Source: the human T2T-CHM13v2.0 reference genome, Homo sapiens
Assembly: GCF_009914755.1 (NCBI RefSeq)
Contig: NC_060945.1
Direction: 5' to 3' (one strand)
Length of the DNA: 64,000 bases
Within the stretch, counting starts at the first letter, position 1; every line of letters starts with the position of its first letter. A model generated the notes under the pieces. That model saw only the letters and a program-made list of their open reading frames with translations, made no database searches and was not told the origin of the DNA. Below, one piece after another: positions 1 to 13,639 of the stretch. The position numbers and the translations under genes were made by a program.

Positions 1-54
1 GAATTTCATCTCTACACCCCTTAAAACATCCATCAGGTTAAAATAAGGAGCAGT

Positions 55-205
55 CAATGTAAATGTTTAACAACCAGTTCTCGGTGGGAAGGGCAGAGGG
101 GAAGCTCTGGTTTGTAGGGTCCGTGGATTCCCATGATGTAAGTACTCCCACCATGCTGAGTTCAAGTTACCAAGGTGATGTCACTGAACCAGAGTTGGGA
201 AAACG
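55..205 (+). mobile_element. MER63-like hAT DNA transposon fragment
   Basis: TAAATGTTTAACAACC...TACTCCCACCATG...TTCAAGTTACCAA...GTCACTGAACCAGAGTTGGGAA resembles the recalled MER63 consensus. Confidence 0.6.
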
Positions 206-283
206 TTCTCTAGGGCTGGGTAAGTGAAGGGTAGGCAGGTGTCTTCAGCACAAGAGGAGAAACAGAAGGAAAACTGGCTAGAA

Positions 284-454
284 CAGTGGTTCTCAACCCT
301 GGCTGCATATCAGCATCAACTGCTGGGCTTAAAAAAAGTGCCCAGGCCACACTCCAACCAACGAAGTTGGACTTTCTATGCGTAGGACCCAGGGATTCCT
401 GTGATTGAAACTCCTGAGGCAATTCTAATGTGCAGCTGAGACTGAGAACCACTG
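284..454. mobile_element. MER5A-type MITE (hAT-Charlie)
   Basis: Terminal inverted repeats CAGTGGTTCTCA...TGAGAACCACTG around ~170 bp; internal ATTCTAATGTGCAG. Confidence 0.85.
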
Positions 455-1122
455 CTCTTTCACGGAGCTTGAGTAGTATTCCCTTTTGCAGAAATGCCTC
501 AAATACTTCTGAGACATTGTATACCTCTTTACAATAGCTTGTCAGGGATTCGCAGTTTAGAAACTGCAAAACCGTGAGTAGGATGGCAATCATTCTTGAG
601 TGACACCTTTTGGCAGGGCTATGCTTGCCATGGTCATACAACCATGGGGGATGAAATGAGGACCCAGTTGAAAGAACGTGATAACCCCAACATGCACAAA
701 GTGCTCTGAGGCCTCTCAGCTAAGAGATGGCTGCACTTTTCAGCCTGCTTTGATTGCAATACAATCTGTAGGTGTGGTGATTTGGGTAATTAGATATCCA
801 GTTATATGCAATATATTCTGTTTTCCTTTTCATTTAGGCTAAGACATTGATATGAGTGACTATTTACCTGAAGCAAGTAAAGATATTGGTATATATTATG
901 AATGTAGAAAAGGTGAAAAATGCTAGAAATAGCACAAAAACTAGAGAAATGTCATGATATAACTCTTAATGAAGTTTCTGACACGTGTCTATGGTGTGTT
1001 TAATAACTGTGTATGCTGTATATTAAGTATGGAGAGAACCCTATCAAGATTGAGAGAACTCTTGTTTTGGTTAGGCACTGGGGAGAAATGAATCTACCAC
1101 TTCTGCGTTTTTAAGAAAATGT

Positions 1123-1423
1123 CCTAATCCTAACACTTCGGGAGTCCAAAGTGGGCAGATCTCTTGAGTCCAGGAGTTCAAGATCAGCCTGAGTAACATA
1201 GCAAGACATTGTCTCTACAAAAATTTAGCCGGGCATGCTGGCACATGCCTGTAGTCCCAGCTACTGTAGAGGCTGAGGCAGGGGGATCGCTTGTGCCCAG
1301 GAATTTGAGGCTACAGTGAGCTGTGATTGTATCACTGCTTTAGCCTGGGTGACAGAATGAGACCTGGTCTCCAAAAGAAAAGGAAACAAAAGAAGAGGAA
1401 AGAAAAGAGAAGAGAAGAAAGAA
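1123..1423 (+). mobile_element. AluJ, slightly 5'-truncated, GA-rich tail
   Basis: Dimeric Alu with J-type GGATCGCTTG..CCCAGGA..TTGAGGCTACAGTGAGC; flanked by AAGAAAATGT on both sides. Confidence 0.9.
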
Positions 1424-1431
1424 AAGAAAAT

Positions 1432-1905
1432 GTTTTTGTTGAAGTACATGCACACATAGAACAGTGCAAAAATCATAAGTTTATATCTCAGCAAATTTTC
1501 TCAAAGTGAATATATCTATGTAACCCCCATGCCAGATCAGAAGATGGACATCCCAGTACACCAGGACCTTCACTTGGCCCCACCTGGCACTGGTCTTCTC
1601 TCCTTCATGTAACCACTATCCTGATGGGTGACCACACATCAGCTCCCCTGGTCTTTGAACTTCATAGAAATAGAATCATCCAGAATGTACCCTTTTGTAT
1701 TGGGCTTCTTTTACTCAACATTATTTGTGAGCTTTGTCAATGATGTGACTTGTAGCAGTAATTCATTCATTCTCATTTTTGGATAGTATTCCATTGCATG
1801 GATTATGCCCCAATTCATTTATACATTCTGCTATTGATCTAAGTTTTGACACTTACAAATACTTCTCCTATGAACATTCTTGTACATGTCCTTTGGTGCA
1901 TATGA
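1432..1905 (-). mobile_element. Old L1 (L1ME-type) 3' region
   Basis: Antisense L1M motifs GGCTTCTTTTACTCAACAT, TAGTATTCCATTG, TATGAACATTCTTGTACATGTC. Confidence 0.75.
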
Positions 1906-2193
1906 GTTTATAATGTGTCTTTGTTTTAAATTTCTGTCCAATAAAACTCTGTCCAGTGTCTGGTGAAGCTGAAGTTCACATAGCACTTCAGGTTATGACC
2001 AAATTGCCACTGATGACCTGTTTTTAATGGTCTTACAGGCAAGGTTGTTATATTTTCAAAGCCAAAAGGTGAAAACGTGAAAAACTGCCTGAATACTTAG
2101 CCCCTAGCATGGGATAAAGAACATCTGAAAGGAAGTCAGAAAGTCTGAGTAATTTGAAAAAGTGCAAAAAGAGACCATGTAATCCATCCAAGG

Positions 2194-2563
2194 TGATATG
2201 GTTTGGCTGTGCCTCCACCCAAACCTCATCTTGAATTGTAGTTCCCATAATCCCCACGTGTCATGGGAGAGACCTGGAGGGATGTAATTGAATCCTGGGG
2301 GTGGTTACCCTCTTGCCGTTCTTATGATAGTGAGTTCTCATGAGATCTGATGGCTTTATAAGGGACTTTTCCCCCTTTGCTCGGCACTACTCTGTCTTGC
2401 CACCATGTGAAGAAGGACATGTTTGCTTTCTCTTCCACCATGATTGTAAGTTTCCTAAGGACTCCCCAGCCATGTGGAACTGTGAGTCAATTAAACCCCT
2501 TTCCTTTATAAATTACCCAGTTTTGGGTATTTCTTCATAGCAGTATGAGAACAAACTAATACA
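2194..2563 (+). mobile_element. THE1D-type solo LTR (ERVL-MaLR)
   Basis: TGATATGGTTTGGCTGTG start, GAACTGTGAGTCAATTAAACC, ACTAATACA end; 370 bp. Confidence 0.92.
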
Positions 2564-2584
2564 AGAGGGTATTATGTTTGAAAG

Positions 2585-2730
2585 GAGCCTTAGAGAGGAA
2601 TGGTTCTCTTTTTTACTGGGTGAGGAAACTGAGGCCCAGGGAGATGAAATAACTCATTCAAGATCACATAGGTAGAAAGCAGCTGAACTGTGCCAGGGAT
2701 CTTTTCAACTCCTAGTTGGCTACTTCTATA
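2585..2730 (-). mobile_element. MIR fragment
   Basis: TGAGGAAACTGAGGCCCAG core. Confidence 0.7.
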
Positions 2731-2899
2731 AAATTAAACTGTCTACACTTTTAGAGCTAGACTGATGAATTTTAGAACGTGCCAGTGTAAGTCAAAATGT
2801 GAAAGAGGAGAACTTGTTTCAAACACCTTAAACTGAATTTCTACCCCAAAAAGAATTCATAAACACAACTCTCTGTCTCTTGATTTCCTCTGTCCTCAC

Positions 2900-3460
2900 T
2901 CAAGCTGCTTCCCAGTGATACCCAAAATCCAAAATCCACCATGGCCTCCTCCAATTTGTTCTCCAAGTGGACAGCATGGCCTTTGCATATGTAAATCTGA
3001 TCCCTTTATGCCCTTCTAACACTTGTATTGTTCTTAGGATAAAGGTCCAAATCTTCAGGGTGCCCTAAAAGGACCCGGAGAGTCTCATTCTTTCCATTTC
3101 TCTCCTCCTTTGGAATGCTGGAATGCTGGAATGCTCTCCTCCTGTGCTATGCCTCCTTTGACTACACCTCCAACAAACCCTGCCCCATGAAGCCTTCTTT
3201 CCCTTAGAAGCTGGTTTAATTATCACTTCCTTGGGAATCTTCCCTAAGTTCCTGACTTGGTCCATGTCCCTATTACACCAGGCACCTACTCTTGGCTGCA
3301 TCCGTTGTAGCTGTAATACTACATTTACTTATCTGGTCTGTCCTTCAATTTGTGTTGGTCTCCCTTCTTAGACTCCATGAAGGTAGGGTCACATCTGTTT
3401 TTGCTCATGATACCTGATCCTCAACAAATATCTGTTTGGTGAACTAATATCTGAATGATT
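2900..3460 (+). mobile_element. L2 3' fragment
   Basis: CT-rich L2 3' region ending CTCAACAAATATCTGTT...GAATGA. Confidence 0.65.
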
Positions 3461-3562
3461 GTTTTCTAGTACTTTCTGTTTCATCATTTGTATTTGTAGA
3501 CCATCAAAAACAAGTCTGATACGTTTATCAGAATTTTACAAATTTACCACTATTTACTTAAA

Positions 3563-3690
3563 TATCAATAACTATCAATTTAGATGAAGAAATGGAAGAT
3601 AGGCTAATCACATTTTCAGGTAACAAAAAGTTGGAAGGGACAACTGGGTAGAAGAATCAAGATTGTAAAAGTTTAGAATGACAAAGTAAA
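3563..3690 (+). mobile_element. L3/CR1 reverse-transcriptase fragment
   Basis: TTAGATGAAGAAATGGAAGATAGGCTAATCACATTTTCAGGTAACAAAAAGTTGGAAGG reads LDEEMEDRLITFSGNKKLEG, a decayed CR1 LD.GIE..LIKFADDTKLGG motif. Confidence 0.55.
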
Positions 3691-4959
3691 TTTGAGCAAT
3701 CTTACAGCATGCACAGGACAAAATAGCATGTCCATTTTTGAAGTTCCAGAGGTGAATAAGCATGGTTCCTGAATTGAACAAGCTCATATCTGATGGAAAT
3801 ATAAAATGTGAGCATGACCTTACAACAACACTTCACATGCTTCCATCTGGTGTGAAATTATAAGGTCTCTAAATTAGCACTTTTTCCCCAGGGTTAGGCC
3901 CGATTATATGGAACTACCAGACGTAAGACAGCATATGATGAGTTCAGCTTCATTCTTGCTATTGAAGAAATAATTTTTCAACTGCTATGAGGTTTTCAAA
4001 AACTTTTAAATGTGATTTGGTGAAATTTTTTAATCTCACCAGAAGAGTATCTGGACATTTTTCTCAGTCAAATATGACTTCATCAAAAATATCACGTACA
4101 TACATTTAAAACGTCTATGACACAGCTATCATTCTGAGTGCACTTCTCCCTGCAACTACACCTGGAAGTCTCAGGGGTTCTTACCTACAGTAACCTAGGG
4201 CATAACCTGGCTGGTCCTCACGCCTGGCAGTCACCAAGATCCTATCTAGTTATCTCTTAGTAGATTTCTCCAAAATTGGTGCCAGCTACCAACTTATACA
4301 CACCCCAGTCCATATACCTCTAGGCCACCATTAATTGTACTGAATTGTCACCTTGATTCATGAAAATACAAAACAAAAAAGTAATTTTTTAAAACAGATT
4401 ACAGACACAAACTCTGATGTAAGTAGTAATAATGTAATACCTGGCTGAAATGCTGCCTTTGTCCACGCATGGATTTAATTAATATAGTCTCTCCCCTCTA
4501 GGGTGGACAGAAATATCCAGAGCTGTGCTATGAATTACGTACATGGAAGTTGTTATAGCCTATGTTTGAGAACCCCACTCCATCATCAAAAAGAAAGAAA
4601 AAAAAAAAAAGAGACCCACTCTCCATTACAGAGGGAATTGCATAGATAACCCTGGCCAGGATTCACGGAGAGATAATTTTATTTATGCTGGTTTCTTCTT
4701 TCCCTCCTTTAGCTATTCCCCATTGACTTGGATATAACTAACTTCCTTTCCTCCATATCCCACAATTTGGATAAAATAGGCAAATCCAGCTTTGAAAAGA
4801 AATTGACACTAGAAATCAAATTCAAACAGGAAATTCTATGATCAACTTATTTAAAGTATTAAAAATTATGTTCCAATTTTCAATATATGGTCTCCCCAGA
4901 TAAAGTTGAAGGAATGAGATTTGGTCCCATTAGATTGACAAAACGGAAATTATGTTTGG

Positions 4960-5319
4960 TGATATGATTTGGCTGTGTCCCCATCCAAATCTCATCTTGA
5001 ATTGTGGTTTCCATATGTCATGGGAGGGAGCTGGTGGGATGTAATTGAATCATGGCAGCCATTTCCCCCATGTTATTATTGTGATAGTAATTTCTCATGA
5101 TCTGATGGCTTTATAAGGGGCCTCCCCAGTTGCTCAGTTCTCATTCTTCTCTCTCCTGCTGCCATGTGAAGAAGGACATGTTTGCTTCCCCTTTCACCAT
5201 GATTGTACGCTTCCTGAGGCCTCCCCAGCATTGTTGAACTGTGAGTCAATTAAACCTCTTTCCTTAATAAATTACCCAGTCTTGTGTCTTTATTAGCAGC
5301 ATGAGAACAAACTAATACA
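4960..5319 (+). mobile_element. THE1C/D solo LTR
   Basis: TGATATGATTTGGCTGTGTCCCC...ACTAATACA; 5-bp TSD TTTGG/TCTGG. Confidence 0.92.
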
Positions 5320-5825
5320 TCTGGTAAATGTTTTAGGAGCAGACAATAGCCTCTTAAATATCTCTGAAAATACTAGAAAGTATAAGGGAAACCAAACCAA
5401 AAACTGTGCTGTAGAAATGTCTTGCGGCTCTTATTGCTTAAAAAAATACAGAGCATTCATTATTCAGATTTGTGTCCGTTCTATTTTAATGCTATCCAAT
5501 TAGATGTTCCTCCTGACAGGAGTTGGTTCCATCTAATAAATTCATTAAATTATGTCAACACTTATATGACAAGACTTGCAAAATCTTGTTCAGTACTCCC
5601 ATTACACCTCGTCAGCCCTCATGTAGAAAAGAGGACATCAACAAAAATTGAAAGCCAAAAATCTTCCTCATAAGAAAAAGAAGTTAACGTTTGAAAAGTC
5701 AGAAAGATTAATATTTTCTCCTCTTTTGTGGATAGTCTCATACCCTTGGGGCCTCATTTTCAAACTGGCTAAAAATGAAAGGATGAAAGAGTCCACAAAT
5801 GCATAGCATAATTAGTGTGGATTTA

Positions 5826-6059
<234 letters not shown>

Positions 6060-6682
6060 TTATAACAGAGAAGGCACAAAGCCTTCATGCTAGACCAAAG
6101 AAGAAAAGGAAACTTTTACGTCATTGTCACCTCCTAATACAGAAGTCCTAGATGAGGCTTGACCTTGCTCTTTAATGCCCTCCTTGGGGGTCTGGTGACA
6201 GTCAGCAGCCAGATGCCATCCAAGAAGGGCTTAGCCCTTTATATCTGTTTACCTCCACAAAGGACCTACACACACAAGTATTTGCGAATGATGCTGTCTT
6301 CCAAAGCCTCCTGTGCTGTATGTTGCTCTACTTGCTTGATCTCAGGTAGATTCAGAACAAAAACTGAGAGTTGATTCTTGACCAGACGGAGGGTTATTCT
6401 GCAGGAATTAGGAAGACCCTGTTGCAACATTTAAATGTCTAGGTGATAGAAGATACACAAACAGATCAGAACGTAAAAATGCACGTGGACTGTGTATTTG
6501 GTGATCATCACCACATAAACTATGTGCACATATTAAGTAGAAGGAGAAAGCAATTCTGGAGTGCTGGGCTAAAGAGTGTTCCCTTTCCTTTTTTCCCCCA
6601 AATTTTATTTTCTAAAATGATATCGGTTTTCTTAAATATGAAAGAGAAGGCAAGCTTCCCTTCCTTGACAGCTTTTACTTAG

Positions 6683-6880
6683 ACCAGCGCTGTACAATAT
6701 ATATTTTTCATTATTGTATCTCTAAGGAGCCTTTTTAGACATTTTTAAAAAACAAATCTCCCTCCTTTTTGAAAATTCAATGCTACATATTCACTGTGTA
6801 CTGTATGCATATCTGTGGTTTAGGCATAAAAATAGTTTTTGCTCCCTCCCACCAAGCACTGTTTTTGTCCTCTTGAGAGT
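6683..6880. mobile_element. Ancient hAT MITE, MER112-like
   Basis: TTTTTCATTAT...CTAAGGAGCCTTTTTAGACATTTTT...TACTGTATGCATATCTGTG resembles the recalled consensus. Confidence 0.45.
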
Positions 6881-9139
6881 CTAGAATTTGAGTCCAGATG
6901 GGCATCTGAGACATGAGTACATGTAACAAAGTAAGGTAGTCTTACCTTTGTTCATTGCCTGGAATAGACAACTAGATATTGGTTTTAGCTGGAGGCAGTA
7001 ACAAGTGCGCTAAGATTAGGGGATTGCTGCTGATTTGAATGATCTTCCAGGGACCCAATCCGTGTGGAATTAACCCGAAAGTTTAGACCCTTTCTGATCC
7101 CTCTGATGAGGGTCAAGAGGCCCATGGTCAGCCTGAACACCTCTGATACTGCCCTTGAGGCAGTCCCAATTCCCAGTCACCCCCTGAATGAGCATTCATG
7201 TTCACTGATGAGTGTTTTCCCAGAGAAAACAGCCCAGAATCCACCTTCAATCAGCCACCCTAGCAGCTACCTGGAAGCAGAGGCCCGAAAGATTAGTGCT
7301 CAGGGGCTGAGACTTCTTCAGGGAAGCACAACCTGGATGGCTTTGAAATGACTATGTCTGGAACCCGCACAACTTACTATTGCTGTTGCAAAAGATCTCA
7401 TCAAACAAGCTTCCTCTGGAGGGAATTATGCACAAACAATACTAAAAGAGGTTTTAAAATAACTTCACTTTTTGGGAGAAGAAAAAGAGCACTTAATTTC
7501 TGGACTTTATTGAAAGTCCCTGTCATGTCTTCAGAAATCCCTTCATGGGCTGTTTTATGACTCCATCGGCAGATTAGGCTCTTCCTGCTCCACACTAATT
7601 GCTAAGCACTATTGCCTAATAATTGTGCCATTAACCTATGTCAGCAGTGTAACTATTGTGATTCCCATGCCATGCTCAGAAGAGCTGTTTCATCTAACCT
7701 TTTGAAAGTAGAAAATCATTAGACAGTGGAATCTATTTCTCTTTGAATAGTTGTTAACTTACACTTGCCCAATGATATTAATTTTTGACACATTTCTATT
7801 TTGATGTATTTACTTAGCAAAATGGAATATTGAACCTTTCTGCTTTCCTATGTACATGCATCGTTTACTATGTAGTCATCACCAAATTAAAAATGGAAAA
7901 AAATAAAATAACCTCAGTTTTATCTCTCATTAAAAATAGAACATAGATCTTAAGTTATACCCTCTTTGCTGCATACTTTCATCTATTTATTTGCTGTTTA
8001 TAATAGTAAAGATGGTCACTCTTCCTGGATGTCAATGGCCAATGAGGAATGCATGGCCTTGGGCTGTTCTTCAGATCAACACGGAATTCCCAACCAGGCT
8101 CTAATTCCTGCAGAAGTGCCTTGCCCTTGGATGCTTGTGCTTAAATAATCCACACATGACTCTCTTAACCAAGCCAAATGCACTTCTTTCCCATTCTGGA
8201 CACCAGAGGTAGAGAAGCTCAAATCCTACCCTGTAGTCAAAGGCTGAGGAATAAGGTAATTTAAGACTTCAGTGGTTGTTCCAACTTACAGCACCATCTG
8301 CAACCCCACTGGAGACCTCAAAACTATCAGACTCCACAGACAGTGCTAAACTGCACCCTGTGGATGTGACACGAATACAGTTTTTCTTTCAGTGTCACTT
8401 AACGTCATGTGTTACAAATGCTTATGATCTAATGCATTGTATTAAATTTTGAAACATTAGAAGCTTAAAAACTCTACAAAACCCTTATCATGACATGTAT
8501 GTAGGCTGTTTCCATAAAGTCAACAGAAATTAAGGGGAAACTACAAAATGTAAGTGACAAAAAAAGTGTTAAATAATACAATTTTACAGTAGGCATAGAA
8601 AGTTATCACAGGAAGGGATCTTGGAGCTCTGTGGTTCAATTTCTCCCTGTCCAGGTGAGTGCCCAATGGTGCGATGACTTGTAAGGTCATGCACGGGTCT
8701 ATGGTGTATCCCAGAATTGTACCCAAGGCCCAGAGCTTCATGAGCAGCAGGTCTTCTCATGCCCAGTCTCTCACCGTGGGTGTTCTAACAGAGGCTTCCC
8801 TCACTTCTGGACAGAATCATGGCTCTTTCTCTCCATCTGAATGAAGGCTTTTCATCCCATCTCTTTCCCTCTGGGCCCTTCCCCATGACCACTCCCTTCT
8901 CCTCTCAGGTATGTTCAAGCACAAACCCATCCCTTGCTCTGAGGATCTCATCCCTGCTGTGTGGCATTTCCAGCCATACACCTTCTCTTTAGCTGATGTT
9001 TTCTCTAATTCCTTTCTTGACATCCTTCATTATGAGCTTCATCTAAATGAAAGTCGCCTTTTCCCATTTTCACCCTCCTGTGTCTGTAACAGCTTCTCCT
9101 GAGTTCCCATCTCTTAAATATTCCACATTTTCACATTGA

Positions 9140-9300
9140 AGCATCAGGGCAGTGCAGTGGTTATAGATATGAGCCCTGATTCCCACACGTAGCCTTTCTA
9201 TGCCTCAATCTCTTCATATATAAAAAGTGAATAAGAATAGTACCCAGCTCATTAAACTGTCATGAGGACCAAGTGGCAGAATCCACATGAAATCCTTAAT
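9140..9300 (+). mobile_element. MIR fragment
   Basis: TGCCTCAATCTCTTCAT..TAAAA..GAATAAGAATAGTACC..CTCAT...TGAGGA. Confidence 0.6.
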
Positions 9301-9468
9301 GTTCTTCAATTCTTATTGATCAGAAATCACCCAGGGGTGTCAAATATCATCCATGGACTAAATCCTGCATCCCTTCTATTGTTTTCCCTTCCTCCTATTT
9401 CCAGGTTCCAGGGAATTCCCATACACACTACCTGTTTACACTGACCCTCACTATAAAAACTTTTTGTT

Positions 9469-9856
<388 letters not shown>

Positions 9857-11050
9857 TTATAAGATTATCTTGTTAATTTAAAAAGAACATTTTTAACCTA
9901 AAGTGTTAATGCCAGATGTCAGATTACTAATTATTGCAGAGCCATGTGAACTAAACAGGGTGAGATGTGTGGGACCAAGGGGGTAGTTACAAGCACCTCA
10001 CAAGTCATGCCACTTTTCAGGTAAAAGTCTCCCCCACCTGCAGGTCACCAGTCTCCCAGTCTCTGTGCTGATTGGTGCATTTGTCTTGCCTCCCTTAATA
10101 AATTTTAAGTTCAAGGGCAGATACCATGGTTAATCCAAATGTTGTTATCCCCCTTCAGATGATGCAATAAGTCATCATGACCATAATTATCATCATCATC
10201 ATCATCAGAGAGTCAGTAATAGCAGGCACCCATATTAATCAATAACTAGAATGCAGAAACACTCTAAAATGCAGATAAAGCAAAGGAAAAGATACTATTG
10301 CTACCACTAACACCCAGAAAAAAATCTAACTTATCAAGTCCGTCTTGCTCATCTCTGGTTTTATGACATCATGAAGTAGGCAACTCCAAAAACCACATGA
10401 TGACAAGTAGCAATGCAAAGCATTATTTGCAGTGACATTAGCATCATTCAGGGTTCCATCTGGGTCTTTAATCTGTAAAAATGCATTAACACCAACTAAC
10501 TGTAGTCCACAGTCCAGCCATAGATGTTTCATTCATGTAAAATATTGACATGTCGACAGACATAATTACTGAGCTTTGTTGACTCAGAGGGCCAGTAGGA
10601 TTCTTCCAGCGCAGTCTGAATCAACAGTCTGGCGGTGTTTAATAGCCCCTATAAGGAGCTGGTTTCACAAAGAGTGTGATGATTCTGGGTGAAGAGGAAA
10701 GCTCATAGGACCTGAGATAGAATCACAGAGACCTGATGTGATGTAGTGGCTTTGTTTTTTAGCTAGAGTTTTACAGTTCTTCATAGGGAAAAGAAAATAA
10801 GCAATCCATTAAACATTAGCAGCATTATTTCAGAGATTTCACCAAGCCCTATCTAAGGCATGTCCTGCCCAGCAAATTGTGCATGCTAAGTGCTTTGTAG
10901 GGTGCCTGGTACATCATTAGGGCCCAGTCAATGTCTGATGCTGTCATCACTTCTTGTCTCCTCTATACACATGGAAAAGTCTTTTTCATATGTGATAGCA
11001 TTTCCCAAAGCAAATATTCGTACCCATGTATAATTAATTATATACTTATT

Positions 11051-12278
11051 TGTGATATTGTGATATAATAAAAAAATATCTATCTGGTCTTCATCCCTGG
11101 TTCCTAGCACAGAGCTCCTGTCTTTGTGCAGGCTGCTCTAACAAATTACCATAATCTGGGTAGCGTAAACAACAAACATTTACTTTTCACCATTGTAAAG
11201 GCTAGGAAGTCCAAGACCAAGGTGCCAGCTGATCTGGTGTCTAGTGAGGGCCCTCTTGCTGATTTGCAGATGACTCTCTTCTTGCTGTATCTTCACATGG
11301 CAGAGAGAGACTCAGCAAGCCCTCTTCATATAAGAACACTAATCCCATTCCTGAGGATTCTATCCCCTTGACCTAATTACCTTCCAAAGGCCCAACCTCC
11401 TAATACAATCACATCAGGAGTTAAGATTTCAATAGAAGATTTTGGGGAGGGAACACAAACCTTCAATACATAGTAACTCCTAAAACCCTATAATTTCCTG
11501 AATAGGGTGACAGGAACATCTTTTGTTAGAATATTTCATCTCAGTACCCAGTTCCTGACATAAGAATTTCTAAGACCCTTGGAACCCCCAGAGTGATAAG
11601 AGTGTCCTTTTGAATGCTAACAAGAGGACTGGTGGTTGGTGGCTGGTGGCTCCTAGATAACTTCAGGATAGAGGGACAGAAAGACCAAGGCATGATTAAA
11701 AGGTTGAAAGGTTGTACGGCGCCCCAATCCCCTATCTCCAGAGAGATCAGAGATAAAGTTAATCATCAATGGGCCATGATTCAATCAATCCTTTCCAAGT
11801 AATAAAATTTCCATGAAACTCCTGTAATCTACAGATTTCAGATAACTTCCAGCTTGTATTCACATGAAGGTGCTGGGAGGATGGTGCACCCAGCATGGGC
11901 ATGGGAGATCTGCACCCTTCTCCTCTGTACTTTGTCCAATGTATCTCTTGCATTGACTGATCCTGAGCTGTATCCTTTATCTTAAACCTGTAACCATAAA
12001 TGCAGTGTTCCCCTGAGTTCTGTGAGCCATTCTAGAAGTTATCAAACTTGAGAAGGAGGCTGTGTGAATCTTCAACTTGCAGCTGATTGATCAAAAGCAC
12101 AGTTGGAAATCTGGGACTTGCAACTAGTGTCTGAAATGGGGGAAGTCTTGTAGGACTCACCCCTTTGCCTGTGGGATCTTCCTCAGATCCAGGTAGTTAG
12201 TGTCAGAATTGAATTGAATGGTAGGATACTCAGTTTGCATCCAGGGAGTTGGAGAACTAATTGGTTTGGGGGAAAACA
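11051..12278 (+). mobile_element. MER21C-type LTR interrupted by MLT1A
   Basis: TGTGATATTGTGATAT...GGTTCCTAGCACAGAGCTCC start resumes as TAAAACCC after the insert; TTCTGTGAGCCATTCTAG and GTGTCAGAATTGAATTGAAT motifs. Confidence 0.8.
11119..11475 (-). mobile_element. MLT1A0-type LTR nested in MER21
   Basis: GGCTGCTCTAACAAATTACCAT...GAAGTCCAAGACCAAGGTGCCAGC; 5-bp TSD GCTCC/ACTCC. Confidence 0.85.
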
Positions 12279-12599
12279 AAGCAGTTCAGACGGTTTGATT
12301 TTTATAGCTTAATATCATCATGATAATTACAAAAGCGGCACCTTGGATCACAACGTTCTAATGTAGACATGGCAGTTACAATTAAAATTAGTTCATTCTA
12401 CACTTATCACCTGCCAAGTTCTATGCTAGATCCATTGAAATAGTCACCTAGATTGGTTAAGGGTTATTAAATTTAAAAGAAAAAAATAAATTTAAACTAA
12501 AACATTGTCTGAAACTAAACCAGGTTGGCACGCCCTCTAAGAAACATCACCTGGTTTGGTGCATCCTCGCAGAAAGAGAGCCATACAGTGAAGTGGAAA

Positions 12600-12860
12600 C
12601 ACACCCAAAAGCTCTGCAATATTCCTAGAAGTTCTCGAATCTCCTCCTTAACAGAGCTGCAGAAGGGAAACACAGACAGGAAGCACCTGTTTGACTCAGA
12701 CAGCAGCCCTAATGCAGTGCCACTCAGGAGCATTCCCTCATTTGAAGACCCCCCAATTACATGAAATTATCAACCCCATTAAATTCCAGCCACTGCCATT
12801 AACTATCATTAGGGCTAAATCAGTTATCTGATCACATCCTGAAAAAGTGGATTTCCCGAA
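12600..12860. promoter_or_regulatory. Candidate signal-responsive enhancer (motif cluster only)
   Basis: TTCCTAGAA 12622, ACAGGAAG 12676, CACCTG, TGACTCA 12692, CATTCC 12731, TGGATTTCCC 12848 in unique sequence. Confidence 0.35.
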
Positions 12861-13639
12861 TAAGGACCTCCCAATTAAGAGAGGCGTCCTATATCAGAAA
12901 GCCTAAATTCCCTGAGTAGTCACTTAATTACCATATCTACAAGTTTCTACCGTGCCGATCTCAAGTACAAGTTGCTTGCAAAGCAATGGAATGAAGCCAG
13001 CAGACAGGCAGAGAGAGGAGGCGCATTCAGTTATGGGTCTAGGTAATTAACTCTTCAACAAACAACCCTGGCACTCTACAGAGTTGCTCTCACCATGCTC
13101 CACCCTTGTTGCAGAATCTGCTCTTGTATGTAGATGAGCATTTAACCTAGGCATGTTTCCATAGGGCATCTTCAAAATCAGTGCAAAGTATAAACCCAAC
13201 CCCTAGCTTGCTTGTTGGTCTCCACACTTGACACATAACTCATATCGCCTTTTCCAAGCAGTGTCCTCTGTGGGTGTGCCTTGCTATAAATAATTTCTAC
13301 ACCTAGACATGGTTCTTATATTTATGTTTCTTACAGCACTGAACATAGCGTCTTGCATATAGTAAGCACGCAACACTTTCTATGAGTGACTGAATCATGA
13401 AGCTGAATATGAGATTTTAAGCCCAAAGATTTAAGAAATGTAAAAGCTAAGTCTCTTTCTGGAGCGGTGTTACACCAAGATGATCCATAAAATGCCAAAG
13501 AGTAAGATGAATTTTTGGCAAACACTACAAGTCTATTATGAAACAGCTTATCATAATAGACTTGGATCTACTTGAGTCTAATCGTATCTCCCTTAATATT
13601 ACTAAAAGCCTAATATAATACAACTAGCCTATAATCCCT

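Noticed and set aside
2194-5319. Two same-orientation THE1 LTRs as one full LTR-internal-LTR element
   Set aside because: The spacer holds older MIR, L2 and L3 fragments rather than THE1 internal sequence, and the second LTR has its own TSD.
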